Source of the DNA: a virus
Virus record (IMG/VR): IMGVR_UViG_3300042868_005339
DNA: 64,000 nt
Reading direction: 5' to 3' (one strand)
Positions within the stretch are counted from its first letter, which is position 1; each line of letters opens with the position of its first letter. The translations under genes and the position numbers were made by a program. This document shows positions 26,776 to 35,461 of the stretch, piece after piece. The notes under the pieces are model-generated. The model had not been told where the DNA came from and made no database searches. It saw only the letters and a program-made list of their open reading frames with translations.

Positions 26776-27009
26776 TTACTTCTTCTTTACGCTTTTAGAT
26801 CCCGAACATCCCCATTTCCGACGAGACAGGGAATTTGGCGAATTGGAATCAGAGCGCCAATCGCCAGCGATGTTGTTGCTGCGAGCGCAATACGCATCAG
26901 CACGCTTGCTGCCAATAGGGCCAATTTTGCTGCCTTTTTGGCCGTATTTCACCGTCTTTTCACGGCCAGTATCAGGATTCTTGACTGTTTTAGAGAACTT
27001 CTTTTCCAT
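26776..27009 (-). CDS. hypothetical basic protein
   Basis: 77-aa ORF, Lys/Gly/Ser-rich. Confidence 0.5.
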   Translation of the reverse strand: MEKKFSKTVKNPDTGREKTVKYGQKGSKIGPIGSKRADAYCARSNNIAGDWRSDSNSPNSLSRRKWGCSGSKSVKKK

Positions 27010-27021
27010 ATAATTGATAGC

Positions 27022-27264
27022 TTATGGCTTTTTGCGATATGTTGCAAGAGTGATTTTCACTCGTTCTTGTGGTGTTGTGTGTATTCTGGCAAATTTACCT
27101 CGCATCATATCCATCCAGTTTTGCCACTCAACCCTGTCGAGTTTCCACTCTTCCTCGGAAATCTCGTTGATGATCTTTTGGCGCTTCTCATCGTCTGTTA
27201 TTCCGGCTAAGCGTCTAGTCGCCATTGCTCGCGCCGGTGGTCTGAATGTGGCTGGAATGCTCAT
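27022..27264 (-). CDS. hypothetical protein
   Basis: 80-aa ORF whose start overlaps the upstream stop. Confidence 0.55.
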   Translation of the reverse strand: MSIPATFRPPARAMATRRLAGITDDEKRQKIINEISEEEWKLDRVEWQNWMDMMRGKFARIHTTPQERVKITLATYRKKP

Positions 27265-27932
27265 CTGTAGAGTGAGTTAAAACGCGGGGAGCGATAGCCG
27301 CTGATGGCCGTGTTGCGCAGTTTAGCAGCTATCTCTGCTGGCGTCATGGTGATGAGTGCCACGCGGGTTTCATCGAAAAGAGCTTTCGCCATAGATGCTG
27401 AGAAGCGAACCCTATCCTGCTTACGCTTTGGTGCTGTCGCTAGCTCATAGCGCATATTGAGAAAGTCGATTATTGCAGCCTCGACTGAGGCATCAAACTC
27501 ACCAGGTATTGGAAGCGTCATAGCGTCGTCAGCCTCCATCTTGTAAACCTCTTCCCATGAAAGGTTATCCTTTTTCTGCTTGCGATACTTTTTCATGTAA
27601 TCTCGCATGTAGGCATTTTTTTGTTCAGGAGTCCTTATATCTCGATACTGAAAATAATTCAGGATTTTGAATCCACCGCTGACTCGCTCGATACGTCTCC
27701 CTTCATTATCTGGGGTGCGTGATTTTGGGTCTGGCGATGTAAAAGCTAGAATTGCGTCATCCGCTTCCTCCTTGGTGATATTAGCTACTCGGTAGAGAGA
27801 CGCCTCGGTGATTGGGCTGATGCCGTTAGTTTTACAAGTTACCATCAGGGCCATCCACGCAATCCTCTGGTGATACGGACCTTCCCATACTGAAGAAGTG
27901 ACTAATTCGCAGTGCGCCTTGATGAACGACAT
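27261..27932 (-). CDS. hypothetical protein, possible winged-helix DNA-binding protein
   Basis: 223 aa, first gene after a 208-bp AT-rich gap. Confidence 0.55.
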   Translation of the reverse strand: MSFIKAHCELVTSSVWEGPYHQRIAWMALMVTCKTNGISPITEASLYRVANITKEEADDAILAFTSPDPKSRTPDNEGRRIERVSGGFKILNYFQYRDIRTPEQKNAYMRDYMKKYRKQKKDNLSWEEVYKMEADDAMTLPIPGEFDASVEAAIIDFLNMRYELATAPKRKQDRVRFSASMAKALFDETRVALITMTPAEIAAKLRNTAISGYRSPRFNSLYR

Positions 27933-28140
27933 GAGCCATAATGCGTTAGTTATAGTTAAGAGTCAACATGAACTATCTCGAATTATGTTAACCACTTGTC
28001 TATTCTATTATGTTAGCTTTACGCGCTTTTCTCATTGATCGTCAATGGTTTATAGCCTGTTTTCAGCCTGTGCTCGACTTTTACACTTTTTCACATCTTA
28101 CCCTCCCAAAGTCTGGCATCAGGACCGCATAGCCCAAATA

Positions 28141-28443
28141 TTATTCAGCTTTGTTAAGTTTCCCTGCGCACTCGGCATATCCGATGATGTCAACTAGGGT
28201 GTCTCGCTTTTTGCTTGTCTTGGCTCGGCTGACTTTCAGAAGAATCATCATCTGTGCTACATCCCAAGGTTCAATGGTCGAACCTGTGTAGGCGCTCCAC
28301 AGATTTGCGATGCGAGCAAAGGATTTGTTCGCATCGCCGTAGTCAACTTGACGTTCTCCAGCGACGATTGCTGCGGCCTCCTCGGAAATGGATTGCTGTG
28401 AAGCTGGAGTCGCAGCGTCTGTTTCAGGTGTTGGTGTATTCAT
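28141..28443 (-). CDS. conserved-looking phage protein (hypothetical)
   Basis: Start taken at ATG 28443 (ATGA overlap). ERQVDYGDANKSFARIANLW...LLKVSRAK...DTLVDIIGYA. Confidence 0.55.
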   Translation of the reverse strand: MNTPTPETDAATPASQQSISEEAAAIVAGERQVDYGDANKSFARIANLWSAYTGSTIEPWDVAQMMILLKVSRAKTSKKRDTLVDIIGYAECAGKLNKAE

Positions 28444-28658
28444 AATTGTTTCTTGGAGCCAATCTTCCTTCCCTTGGGTAAGCAGCCACAGGACTGCACA
28501 CTGCGAGAGGTGAGATTTTGGTAATACACTTCGGTCTTGTTGCCGCACTCGCATTGACACAGCCAGCGGCTATTACCATGGGTGTTGCGCGATACAAGTT
28601 CTACAACAATCAAGCTGCCGAAGGTTTCGTTGATGAGTGATTTTGGTGAGCGTCCCAT
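28440..28658 (-). CDS. zinc-ribbon-only member of the CxC...CGC paralog family
   Basis: Internal ATG 28658. FGSLIVVE...RWLCQCECGNKTEV...SCGCL. Confidence 0.55.
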   Translation of the reverse strand: MGRSPKSLINETFGSLIVVELVSRNTHGNSRWLCQCECGNKTEVYYQNLTSRSVQSCGCLPKGRKIGSKKQL

Positions 28659-28665
28659 TGGGATG

Positions 28666-28938
28666 TTAACTGGAAAGTTGGTTGGGATAATTGCTGTCCG
28701 CCTCAATGAGGAACTCGCACTCGAAAGCGACAATCGCAGGTGGATGTATGAACGATATTAGCGTCATATCTCCGCGTGGAGCAGTGCGGCGTAAACACGT
28801 CTCACAGCCTTCGCGCCAGTCCCAACTGCCGTTTTCATTGAATCCTACGCCATCACATCGGGCCACATCATTAGGAAGCCGAATCAAGGCGCTATTGGTC
28901 TTCATGGGTTTCATTTCCGTGTTTAATTCCTGCGTCAA
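28666..28938 (-). CDS. hypothetical Cys-rich protein
   Basis: VARCDGVG...WREGCETCLRR. Confidence 0.5.
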   Translation of the reverse strand: MTQELNTEMKPMKTNSALIRLPNDVARCDGVGFNENGSWDWREGCETCLRRTAPRGDMTLISFIHPPAIVAFECEFLIEADSNYPNQLSS

Positions 28939-29245
28939 TGTGGATTTTGGTTATGCTCGCCATCGCTTGATCCGAGACGTTGAGCCGAATATCTCGCATG
29001 GTGGCCGCAATTAGACCGGCCTCGCCAAAAAGTTTAGAGCATTGGTGGCCACCCAAAGCGGCGCGCACCGCATCGGCTCGGATATACTCAATGTCTCCGT
29101 CGAAGATTCGATCGCGGCACCATGTTACCTCATCTTCGTGGATTGGTTCATCGAGATCATCTGAGTCTCCGTGCCACTGGAGGTAGATTGTTGTTGGTCG
29201 TTCGTTCATTGTATTCATGTCCTCCGTTGGTGTTAATACGCCCAC
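28892..29245 (-). CDS. hypothetical acidic protein
   Basis: 117-aa ORF. Start uncertain. Confidence 0.5.
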   Translation of the reverse strand: MGVLTPTEDMNTMNERPTTIYLQWHGDSDDLDEPIHEDEVTWCRDRIFDGDIEYIRADAVRAALGGHQCSKLFGEAGLIAATMRDIRLNVSDQAMASITKIHIDAGIKHGNETHEDQ

Positions 29246-29865
29246 TTGGCATCGCCAAGGATTTCGTCCGAATCAGACCACCATTCGTCCCACTGAGCGT
29301 TAGTCGCGACACTCCAGCCTGGGATGGTTGCGGCTGCGTCTTTGCCGGTCAGTGAAACGGGAAGCCACTTGATCCTGTTGTTTGGATAAATTGCGATCTG
29401 TCCGTTGCTGAGCTTGATGAAGTTGCCTTCCTTGTGCTCTTCAAGAAGCTCTGCATCACCCACGTCGAGGATGCCGCTGGCTTGTCCTTCTGGCAAGTGA
29501 TCAATCGTGAACCAGTAATGTCCGCTGATGGGTGGATTACCTTTGCCAAGGTTCACTAGAACAGGCACGTCGCTCAACTGATCCTTGCGCCAAAGCTCAA
29601 TGGAACCAGACAGGCATTCCCACATCTGAACTTTATGTAGCGGAAGAGGCTTGTGATCATCTTCTGGTTCATACCAATAGACGCACTGAGGCGGGATTTT
29701 GTCGAAACAGGCAGCGTATTTCTCGACCCATGCTTGGAAGCAGAATGGACGGTTACGCATCGCTCGAACAGATACAAGCCAAGCTGTTTCAAATTCGTTT
29801 TCTGGACCACCGAAGGCGTCACAGCGGATGTATATTTTTGTTTTGGGGAGGTTTATGTTTCTCAT
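29233..29865 (-). CDS. hypothetical protein
   Basis: 210-aa ORF, Trp-rich. No motif recognised. Confidence 0.6.
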   Translation of the reverse strand: MRNINLPKTKIYIRCDAFGGPENEFETAWLVSVRAMRNRPFCFQAWVEKYAACFDKIPPQCVYWYEPEDDHKPLPLHKVQMWECLSGSIELWRKDQLSDVPVLVNLGKGNPPISGHYWFTIDHLPEGQASGILDVGDAELLEEHKEGNFIKLSNGQIAIYPNNRIKWLPVSLTGKDAAATIPGWSVATNAQWDEWWSDSDEILGDAKWAY

Positions 29866-29868
29866 ATT

Positions 29869-30255
29869 TTACCAAAGGTTGAGGGTTTTTCCGAGAGCTT
29901 CGGAGCGTTGGGTTGCGGTTGCGTTGGCAAACGCAAACAAAACAACCTCCCTATAGCTTGCTGGCGAACTTAACGGAACAAGCTCAAGAACATCGTTTAA
30001 ATGATAAACAAATTCAAACTGTTGATCATTCGTCAACTTATCTTGAAGTTCTTGCACCGCGTTGAGGTCGTTGAAGTAGTCGGGTAATGGGTCTAGCGGG
30101 AAGCACTCCAATTCGTCCACTGGGCAAGCGTTCACGCGGTCTGAGTAAGGCTCAGTTCTCCACGGTGCATACCCCACAAGGAACTGTTCAGAGATTCCCT
30201 TCCACCTAGCAGCCTCAGCCAGCTTGATTCGTTTTTCTTCTTGGGTCATTTGCAT
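29869..30255 (-). CDS. hypothetical protein
   Basis: 128-aa ORF. Confidence 0.6.
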   Translation of the reverse strand: MQMTQEEKRIKLAEAARWKGISEQFLVGYAPWRTEPYSDRVNACPVDELECFPLDPLPDYFNDLNAVQELQDKLTNDQQFEFVYHLNDVLELVPLSSPASYREVVLFAFANATATQRSEALGKTLNLW

Positions 30256-30368
30256 AGCTTTAGTCCTTTGAATTTATAACACACCTTGGCGCTTTCGATT
30301 CGTTTCAGCCTGTTATTCGTGCGGTCTTTGGCGCTTTGTTGTTTTCTACGTTTTTCTTCTTCTGTCAT
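30246..30368 (-). CDS. 40-aa basic peptide (hypothetical)
   Basis: Not in the track. MTEEEKRRKQQSAKDRTNNRLKRIESAKVCYKFKGLKLCK. ATGA overlap with the upstream stop; its stop overlaps the next start. Confidence 0.35.
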   Translation of the reverse strand: MTEEEKRRKQQSAKDRTNNRLKRIESAKVCYKFKGLKLCK

Positions 30369-30658
30369 TTCGATGCCTCCCAAATGGTGAGGATTTGTTG
30401 GAGTGTGTCTTGTGCTAACTTTGAGTCTTGAGCGTAGGCGTTAAGAGCTTCATCCGAGCATTCAACATTTACCTCGATTGACATGGCTTCAATCATTGTC
30501 ACAGCCACCAGCAAACACTCAGCAATAGCTGGCGAGATGTTGCGGATTGATTTATCCATTATCATGTAAGTCTTCGACAGTTCGATAAACTCGCGGAGTT
30601 CGGTTTTAAGTTGTTCTAGGTTCATATTATTTGGTCTATTCATATCGTCACCAACCAT
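30365..30658 (-). CDS. hypothetical protein
   Basis: 97-aa helical ORF. Confidence 0.55.
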   Translation of the reverse strand: MVGDDMNRPNNMNLEQLKTELREFIELSKTYMIMDKSIRNISPAIAECLLVAVTMIEAMSIEVNVECSDEALNAYAQDSKLAQDTLQQILTIWEASK

Positions 30659-30699
30659 CGCACACCGATTCTTTCAATGCAACAAATACAATAAGATAT

Positions 30700-31188
30700 T
30701 TATCCTCTCAGCCAAATCGCAAGCTCATCCTTCTGTGCCAGCTTGACGTAGAAATCCGTTGGCTTCTGGCCCTTGTAGGTAAGTCCTTTGACCCTGCAAC
30801 GAGCAATACAGCGCCAGAGACGTTGATCGTTAAGGATGAGTTTTTTAGCCTCAGATACCACAGGCTTCTTGGAATCAACCAGCATCGCCTCAAGCTCAGC
30901 CAAATCACCAATAGGCTCTTCAACAGCAGTTGGTTTTTCTGGCTTCACATCCACTGCTTTACCGCGCAGTAGATCGGTTCTAAGGCATCCACAGGAAAGA
31001 GACTTGCCCGTTGTGAGAGCAGTGTAGAACACGTTCTGCTTGATGCGCCCACAGTCGCACTGGCACCTCCAGGTTGAAGATCCTTTTCTACCCGTAGGAA
31101 CATGGGAGAGAACCGTCCAGCGACCAAAGCGTTTACCCGTGAGGTTTTTGAAGTTGGGATGGAAGGATGAAATCATCGTCAGAAACAA
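30700..31188 (-). CDS. zinc-ribbon paralog with unrelated C-terminal domain
   Basis: LTGKRFGRWTVL...WRCQCDCGRIK...SCGCLR. Confidence 0.6.
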   Translation of the reverse strand: MFLTMISSFHPNFKNLTGKRFGRWTVLSHVPTGRKGSSTWRCQCDCGRIKQNVFYTALTTGKSLSCGCLRTDLLRGKAVDVKPEKPTAVEEPIGDLAELEAMLVDSKKPVVSEAKKLILNDQRLWRCIARCRVKGLTYKGQKPTDFYVKLAQKDELAIWLRG

Positions 31189-31605
31189 TAACCAAGTAAA
31201 CGGACGGAATCAAATGGTATAAGAAATAATTTAGAGGGAGAAATTGTTGAGGATGATTTTACAGAAAAGACCCCTGGGGTGGGCGAATAAATAAATCAGA
31301 CCCGGTGGTGGTAATGGTAGAAGATATTTATGTGGGGAACTTTTGTGAGGGGAGTGAATATACGCACAACATGGGCCGCTCGCCCTCGGTGCCTACTACT
31401 ACCCGCCCCGTGGCCTACGCTCTGCGCTGCTGGCTACCGCTACCGCTATGCGCTGCCGCTACTGGCTACGCTGCCAGCTAGCGCAGTAGCAACCCCCCAT
31501 ACCTTGCCACAATCGATGGAAAACCGGGCCGGATATGGCAGGGTAAAGTTATAGGCTTGAACAATCCACATATCCCAAAGTAGAACATCACTGATAATCA
31601 ATGAC

Positions 31606-32172
31606 TTACACATCATGTACCTTATCAGTCTCAATAGCAGGCTCAAAATGCGGGGAAAATTCCATCGGTTGCGATGACAAGACATTAACTTGGACGGCTT
31701 GGGCCTGATCCATGCCACTAGCTTTAGCGACAATGTCCATCAGCGCTTTGACATCCTGCCAGCTCTGAACATCAGGTGGCGCTGCATTGGCCTGCTTTAG
31801 CCCTTTTCCTGCGATCTGAAGGGCTAGGAGGCGGTTCTGCTCTCCTAGTCGGGAGATGTTCTCCGACACCGTAGAAGCCACTTTCTGCGCAAGTGAGGAC
31901 GTGCTGGCAGGTGGCGAGACTGGCAAATTTAACACTTTTTCGCCTTTCGTTTCAATTCCCGTTTCATTCTCTTCATTGCCTATCGTTTCAGTCGCCTTTT
32001 CCTGCTTGCTAGTTAACGCTGCTTTCCACACATCATCACGGAATCGTTTAATCCTGATCGTTGCCTCGCAGACTCCGAAACTCTCGGCGAGTTGTGAATC
32101 TGGAACGCCTCTAATGCTGGCCGCTTTTAACGCTTCCCATGTTGCGGGATCAATGACCGGAGTGTTTGCCAT
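31606..32172 (-). CDS. HTH-containing protein, first gene of the leftward block
   Basis: GVPDSQLAESFGVCEATIRIKRFRD. Confidence 0.55.
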   Translation of the reverse strand: MANTPVIDPATWEALKAASIRGVPDSQLAESFGVCEATIRIKRFRDDVWKAALTSKQEKATETIGNEENETGIETKGEKVLNLPVSPPASTSSLAQKVASTVSENISRLGEQNRLLALQIAGKGLKQANAAPPDVQSWQDVKALMDIVAKASGMDQAQAVQVNVLSSQPMEFSPHFEPAIETDKVHDV

Positions 32173-32494
32173 GTTCTTATGTTTTTACTTTGTATCACAA
32201 AGCATTCACCTTTCCTGGTCTTTAGCAAATATATTTTCAAAGTGTCCTTTTTTCTGTTTGCCATCCGTCCGTTTTTATGCGATACTCTGCGGGTTAGGAA
32301 ACCACAGCATAAACCAATATGAAACTCGTTCCCCATCGCCTCCGCTTCGTCTCCAATATCCTGCATAACGTGGCAATGCTCCCATGCATGCCGCTCCCAG
32401 TTGCTCGCATCATTGGCAAAGCAGCGGGACGTTTTTATTATCAACTCGCCAAGTAAACCCAGTCAGGAAACCACAACGAAAACCAAAAACCGAT

Positions 32495-32686
32495 ATGATA
32501 TTGAAACTCCTGAACAAGCACAAAAACACGGCATGGGAACGCTGGCCCGACAGCCTGAAAAAGTCGCTCCGCGCCATAAGCGCAAACAGCGACGGCATTG
32601 CCAACTCTTGCACCTTTGGCCAATCGCGTGAATACTTTTTCCGCAAGTATGGCGAAAACGGAGCAAGTGAGTTTGTGAAAGGCTAA
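32495..32686 (+). CDS. hypothetical small protein
   Basis: Internal ATG of the 32384-32686 track ORF, preceded by the A/C-rich leader aaaccaaaaaccgat shared with neighbouring starts. Confidence 0.45.
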   Translation: MILKLLNKHKNTAWERWPDSLKKSLRAISANSDGIANSCTFGQSREYFFRKYGENGASEFVKG

Positions 32687-32699
32687 TCCACAAAAGGGG

Positions 32700-32718
32700 C
32701 CGCGCATCTTACACGCGG
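32700..32718 (+). other. GC stem-loop after a stop codon (CCGCG / CGCGG, 9-nt loop)
   Basis: Lies 14 nt after the 32686 stop and 24 nt before the next ATG. No U-tract. Confidence 0.5.
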
Positions 32719-32741
32719 AACAATCAAACACTGATAAATCT

Positions 32742-32843
32742 ATGACACCCCACGACACCCCCGCCGCAATGTTCGCCCTTCTAGCGGCTTGGATTCTCGG
32801 CACGATCTCCATGATCTCTATCGCTCTCATCCTTTGGCACTAA
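32742..32843 (+). CDS. 33-aa membrane peptide (hypothetical)
   Basis: Not in the track. MTPHDTPAAMFALLAAWILGTISMISIALILWH. Confidence 0.4.
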   Translation: MTPHDTPAAMFALLAAWILGTISMISIALILWH

Positions 32844-32861
32844 CCTGAAAACGAAAAAAAA

Positions 32862-33098
32862 ATGAAACTTGGAATTGATTACACTCCGACGGGCCTTTTG
32901 GCAAATTACTGCATAGCATGCACTAATCCAGAAACAGGAAGGGAGGGCAGTTGGCTTTTCCTCGGCGATAGCCACAAAACGGGAACGCAAATATCGCCAT
33001 TTTTCCCAGATTTACTTCCTTTTTTCCAGTGGGCAAAGGATAATAAATGGCGGAACATTTATACGCCTGGCAGGCCGTTTTCCATGATTAAAGAATAG
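32862..33098 (+). CDS. hypothetical protein
   Basis: 78-aa ORF. Confidence 0.5.
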   Translation: MKLGIDYTPTGLLANYCIACTNPETGREGSWLFLGDSHKTGTQISPFFPDLLPFFQWAKDNKWRNIYTPGRPFSMIKE

Positions 33099-33107
33099 AC
33101 TACGCCC

Positions 33108-33132
33108 GCGCCTTCTCTTCTAGGGAAGGCGC
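33108..33132 (+). other. GC stem-loop after a stop codon (GCGCCTTC / GAAGGCGC, 9-nt loop)
   Basis: Lies 10 nt after the 33098 stop and 43 nt before the next ATG. No U-tract. Confidence 0.5.
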
Positions 33133-33174
33133 AAGCGTGAGCTAACCGCCCACGAACAAACCAAATAAAAACAC

Positions 33175-33324
33175 ATGAAAACCGAACCAAATAATCTTCG
33201 TCTCCACTACCTCTCCGCCTCCCGCCATCGCCAGCGCCAGAAGTTCCATCACAAATTAATGCTTTGGGCGTACCTTTTCGCCGTCGCTGCAATCCTAGCA
33301 GGAGCCGCAGCGTCTGCGTTGTAA
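33175..33324 (+). CDS. 49-aa C-terminally anchored membrane peptide (hypothetical)
   Basis: Not in the track. MKTEPNNLRLHYLSASRHRQRQKFHHKLMLWAYLFAVAAILAGAAASAL. Confidence 0.4.
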   Translation: MKTEPNNLRLHYLSASRHRQRQKFHHKLMLWAYLFAVAAILAGAAASAL

Positions 33325-33345
33325 ACCATCAACCATCAAAAATAT

Positions 33346-33627
33346 ATGAGCACTAAAGATAACCCGCCCGCCGTGGGCTCTTACGGCATCGACTGGAACA
33401 ACGTTAATCTTGATTCGCCAAGTGAATCAAGCCACAACCTCGTCGAAGGCTTGACCTTTGATACCTTGCTACTGGAAATCAATTGCAACCTGCGCGAGAT
33501 CAACGCGGAAACCGTCACAGCTCAATTTGAGATCGACCTTCAAAGCCGAATTTCAGAAGCTCGCGACATTTTCCGCATGAACCTAAAAAACATCGTGAGG
33601 CATGCCAAGAAAGAGAGGGAGGAATAA
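33346..33627 (+). CDS. hypothetical protein
   Basis: 93-aa ORF. Confidence 0.55.
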   Translation: MSTKDNPPAVGSYGIDWNNVNLDSPSESSHNLVEGLTFDTLLLEINCNLREINAETVTAQFEIDLQSRISEARDIFRMNLKNIVRHAKKEREE

Positions 33628-33628
33628 T

Positions 33629-33790
33629 ATGCACAATACGCCGCTCCAAAACGCTGAGTTTGCCCTCACGTTCACAGAGACAAATCTCCGCTGGTTACTT
33701 GGCGAGGAACCGCCAAACGAGGAGAAGATTACAGCATGCAAGGATCAAATCGAAGCAATAAAGCGGGAGATTGAGCAACTCAGAAAGTGA
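33629..33790 (+). CDS. hypothetical protein
   Basis: Start taken at the ATG 1 nt after the upstream TAA. 53 aa, helical. Confidence 0.5.
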   Translation: MHNTPLQNAEFALTFTETNLRWLLGEEPPNEEKITACKDQIEAIKREIEQLRK

Positions 33791-33845
33791 CACCCTAAAC
33801 CGCCCGCAGGATTTACCCTTGCGGGCGGCAAGGATGGCACAAGCC
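33787..33845 (+). repeat. conserved intergenic element, copy 1 (GTGACACCCTAAACCGC + hairpin + CAAGGATGGCACAAGCC)
   Basis: Hairpin CCGCCCGCA / TGCGGGCGG at 33800-33828. The flanks match the copy at 34492, while the stem sequence differs but still pairs. Confidence 0.55.
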
Positions 33846-33870
33846 GCCAAAACCAAAGACCAAAAAACAT

Positions 33871-34488
33871 ATGAAAAAGCACATCGCAGACATCACATTA
33901 AGCACTAAAAAAGGCCACGAACAGAAAACCCGCTGGCTTGTTTCGCAGGCCCGCCCCTTCCCCGATATTCACGGGGTTTCCGGGCTAGAATGGCGCAACG
34001 CGGGGCAGTTGATTCCACAATACGGCAGCAAGCATCCGCCGACACTTGGCAACAGCTATTATTGCCAGTTGCTCCGCTCCGATTACAACGCGGAGACGGC
34101 TACCGGCAACCGTAACGACTTCGCCGGTTTCTCGCCCGGCCTAGTGTACAAAGATGGGGAAAGAGTCATGGAACCGGAACTCCCCGGCACAATCGAGCTA
34201 CGCGGCAAGTCTCTGGGTGAAATGGAAATCACTTTCGGGAATAATCCAGAATGGCCAGATATTAAGGTGCGCGGCTACAATGGCGGCCCACTAACCACAA
34301 CAGAACGCGACTGGATCAAGGCGGCAATCGTGCCAGCTTTGCGCCAGTTCATCGCAGACAACGCGGCAGGCCTGAAGGCTGAAGCGGTGGCAGCTTTGAA
34401 GAAAGACACGGCTGAACGCATCGCCTCCTATCGGGCCGACCTTAGCCGTATGGAAAAGCAAATGGGCGAGATTATCGCCAAGCTCTAA
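33871..34488 (+). CDS. hypothetical protein
   Basis: 205-aa ORF. Confidence 0.65.
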   Translation: MKKHIADITLSTKKGHEQKTRWLVSQARPFPDIHGVSGLEWRNAGQLIPQYGSKHPPTLGNSYYCQLLRSDYNAETATGNRNDFAGFSPGLVYKDGERVMEPELPGTIELRGKSLGEMEITFGNNPEWPDIKVRGYNGGPLTTTERDWIKAAIVPALRQFIADNAAGLKAEAVAALKKDTAERIASYRADLSRMEKQMGEIIAKL

Positions 34489-34491
34489 CGA

Positions 34492-34546
34492 GTGACACCA
34501 TAAACCGCGCTGCTTCACCGGGAGCGCGGCAATGATGCCACAAGGC
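34492..34546 (+). repeat. conserved intergenic element, copy 2 (GTGACACCATAAACCGC + hairpin + CAATGATGCCACAAGGC)
   Basis: Hairpin CCGCGCT / AGCGCGG at 34505-34529. Confidence 0.55.
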
Positions 34547-34617
34547 AACAATCCGCGAACGCTGCCCACGTTTGCGCCTTATCAAACGGGCAAGACATAA
34601 CCAAAAACGAAAACGAT

Positions 34618-34953
34618 ATGATACTGAACCACAGCGCCGCAGAATTCTGCGCCGTAAATCACATTATCGGCCTCGCAATAGACCGCCTACCTTCCGGCAA
34701 AGTGATAGCATGCGAGGTCCGAAAAGATGAAGCCGGAGAGCTTCGCGTTCCCATCGCTCAAATGAGCCTTGAAGACCTCTACGCGCTGGCTGCTCGCTTG
34801 CACTTGGAGATTCTCCCGTCTCGATTCGCCAGCCGTCAAGAGATGGACAGTCACCGCGCCCACGTCCGCAGACTGGCAGAAAGGTCAAACGAAGCGCGAG
34901 AAATGCGAGGCGTTCGCGAAACGCCAGCATGGGCCGTGCCGGATAAAGCCTAA
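34618..34953 (+). CDS. hypothetical protein
   Basis: 111-aa ORF. Confidence 0.55.
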   Translation: MILNHSAAEFCAVNHIIGLAIDRLPSGKVIACEVRKDEAGELRVPIAQMSLEDLYALAARLHLEILPSRFASRQEMDSHRAHVRRLAERSNEAREMRGVRETPAWAVPDKA

Positions 34954-35155
34954 ATCACGCCCGTTTGCTATCTATGCGGCATCGCCAGCCGCCAAGATGG
35001 CAAGAGGGCGCGATTATGCGCCGAATAAACAACAAATAGAACACTATGCCAAGAGAACCCATGGAAGAAGAGACGCCAAAAACTTTGCGCCGTTTATATT
35101 TAAGCCTTCGCAAGAATGGCACAAGATTAGATCGCATAAGCTGATGGACGCCGCC

Positions 35156-35377
35156 CTAATACTCCGCCTTGCCGGACCGCTTCCTCGGCGTTCCATCCAG
35201 CGCCTTGTTCGATTTCTTTTTGATGGAGCGTCGAATGAGCGCCAGCCAGTGAGTCTGCTGCCACTCTGGAGGCTCGCGCCGACCTTGAAGCCAATCATAG
35301 GCGGTGCCACGCGGGCAACCGATGGCGGCAATGATCTCGGGGGCGGAATACTCGGCAAGCTGGTCGGCGAAGGACAT
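35156..35377 (-). CDS. Cro/YdaS-like HTH regulator on the opposite strand
   Basis: SAPEIIAAIGCPRGTAYDWLQGRREPPEWQ. Start taken at ATG 35377; the track starts at TTG 35383. Confidence 0.6.
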   Translation of the reverse strand: MSFADQLAEYSAPEIIAAIGCPRGTAYDWLQGRREPPEWQQTHWLALIRRSIKKKSNKALDGTPRKRSGKAEY

Positions 35378-35404
35378 GGGCAAACTGTATCACGGAAAAA
35401 TAAA

Positions 35405-35417
35405 TCGGCAATGCCGA
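35405..35417. promoter_or_regulatory. 13-nt palindrome TCGGCAATGCCGA (operator candidate 1)
   Basis: Perfect 6+1+6 inverted repeat, 28 nt upstream of the minus-strand HTH gene. Confidence 0.45.
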
Positions 35418-35436
35418 AAATAGTTCTGGACAAACG

Positions 35437-35449
35437 TCGGCAATGCCGA
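35437..35449. promoter_or_regulatory. 13-nt palindrome TCGGCAATGCCGA (operator candidate 2)
   Basis: Identical second copy, 32 bp centre-to-centre from the first and 13 nt upstream of ATG 35462. Confidence 0.45.
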
Positions 35450-35461
35450 CAGATTACGTGC

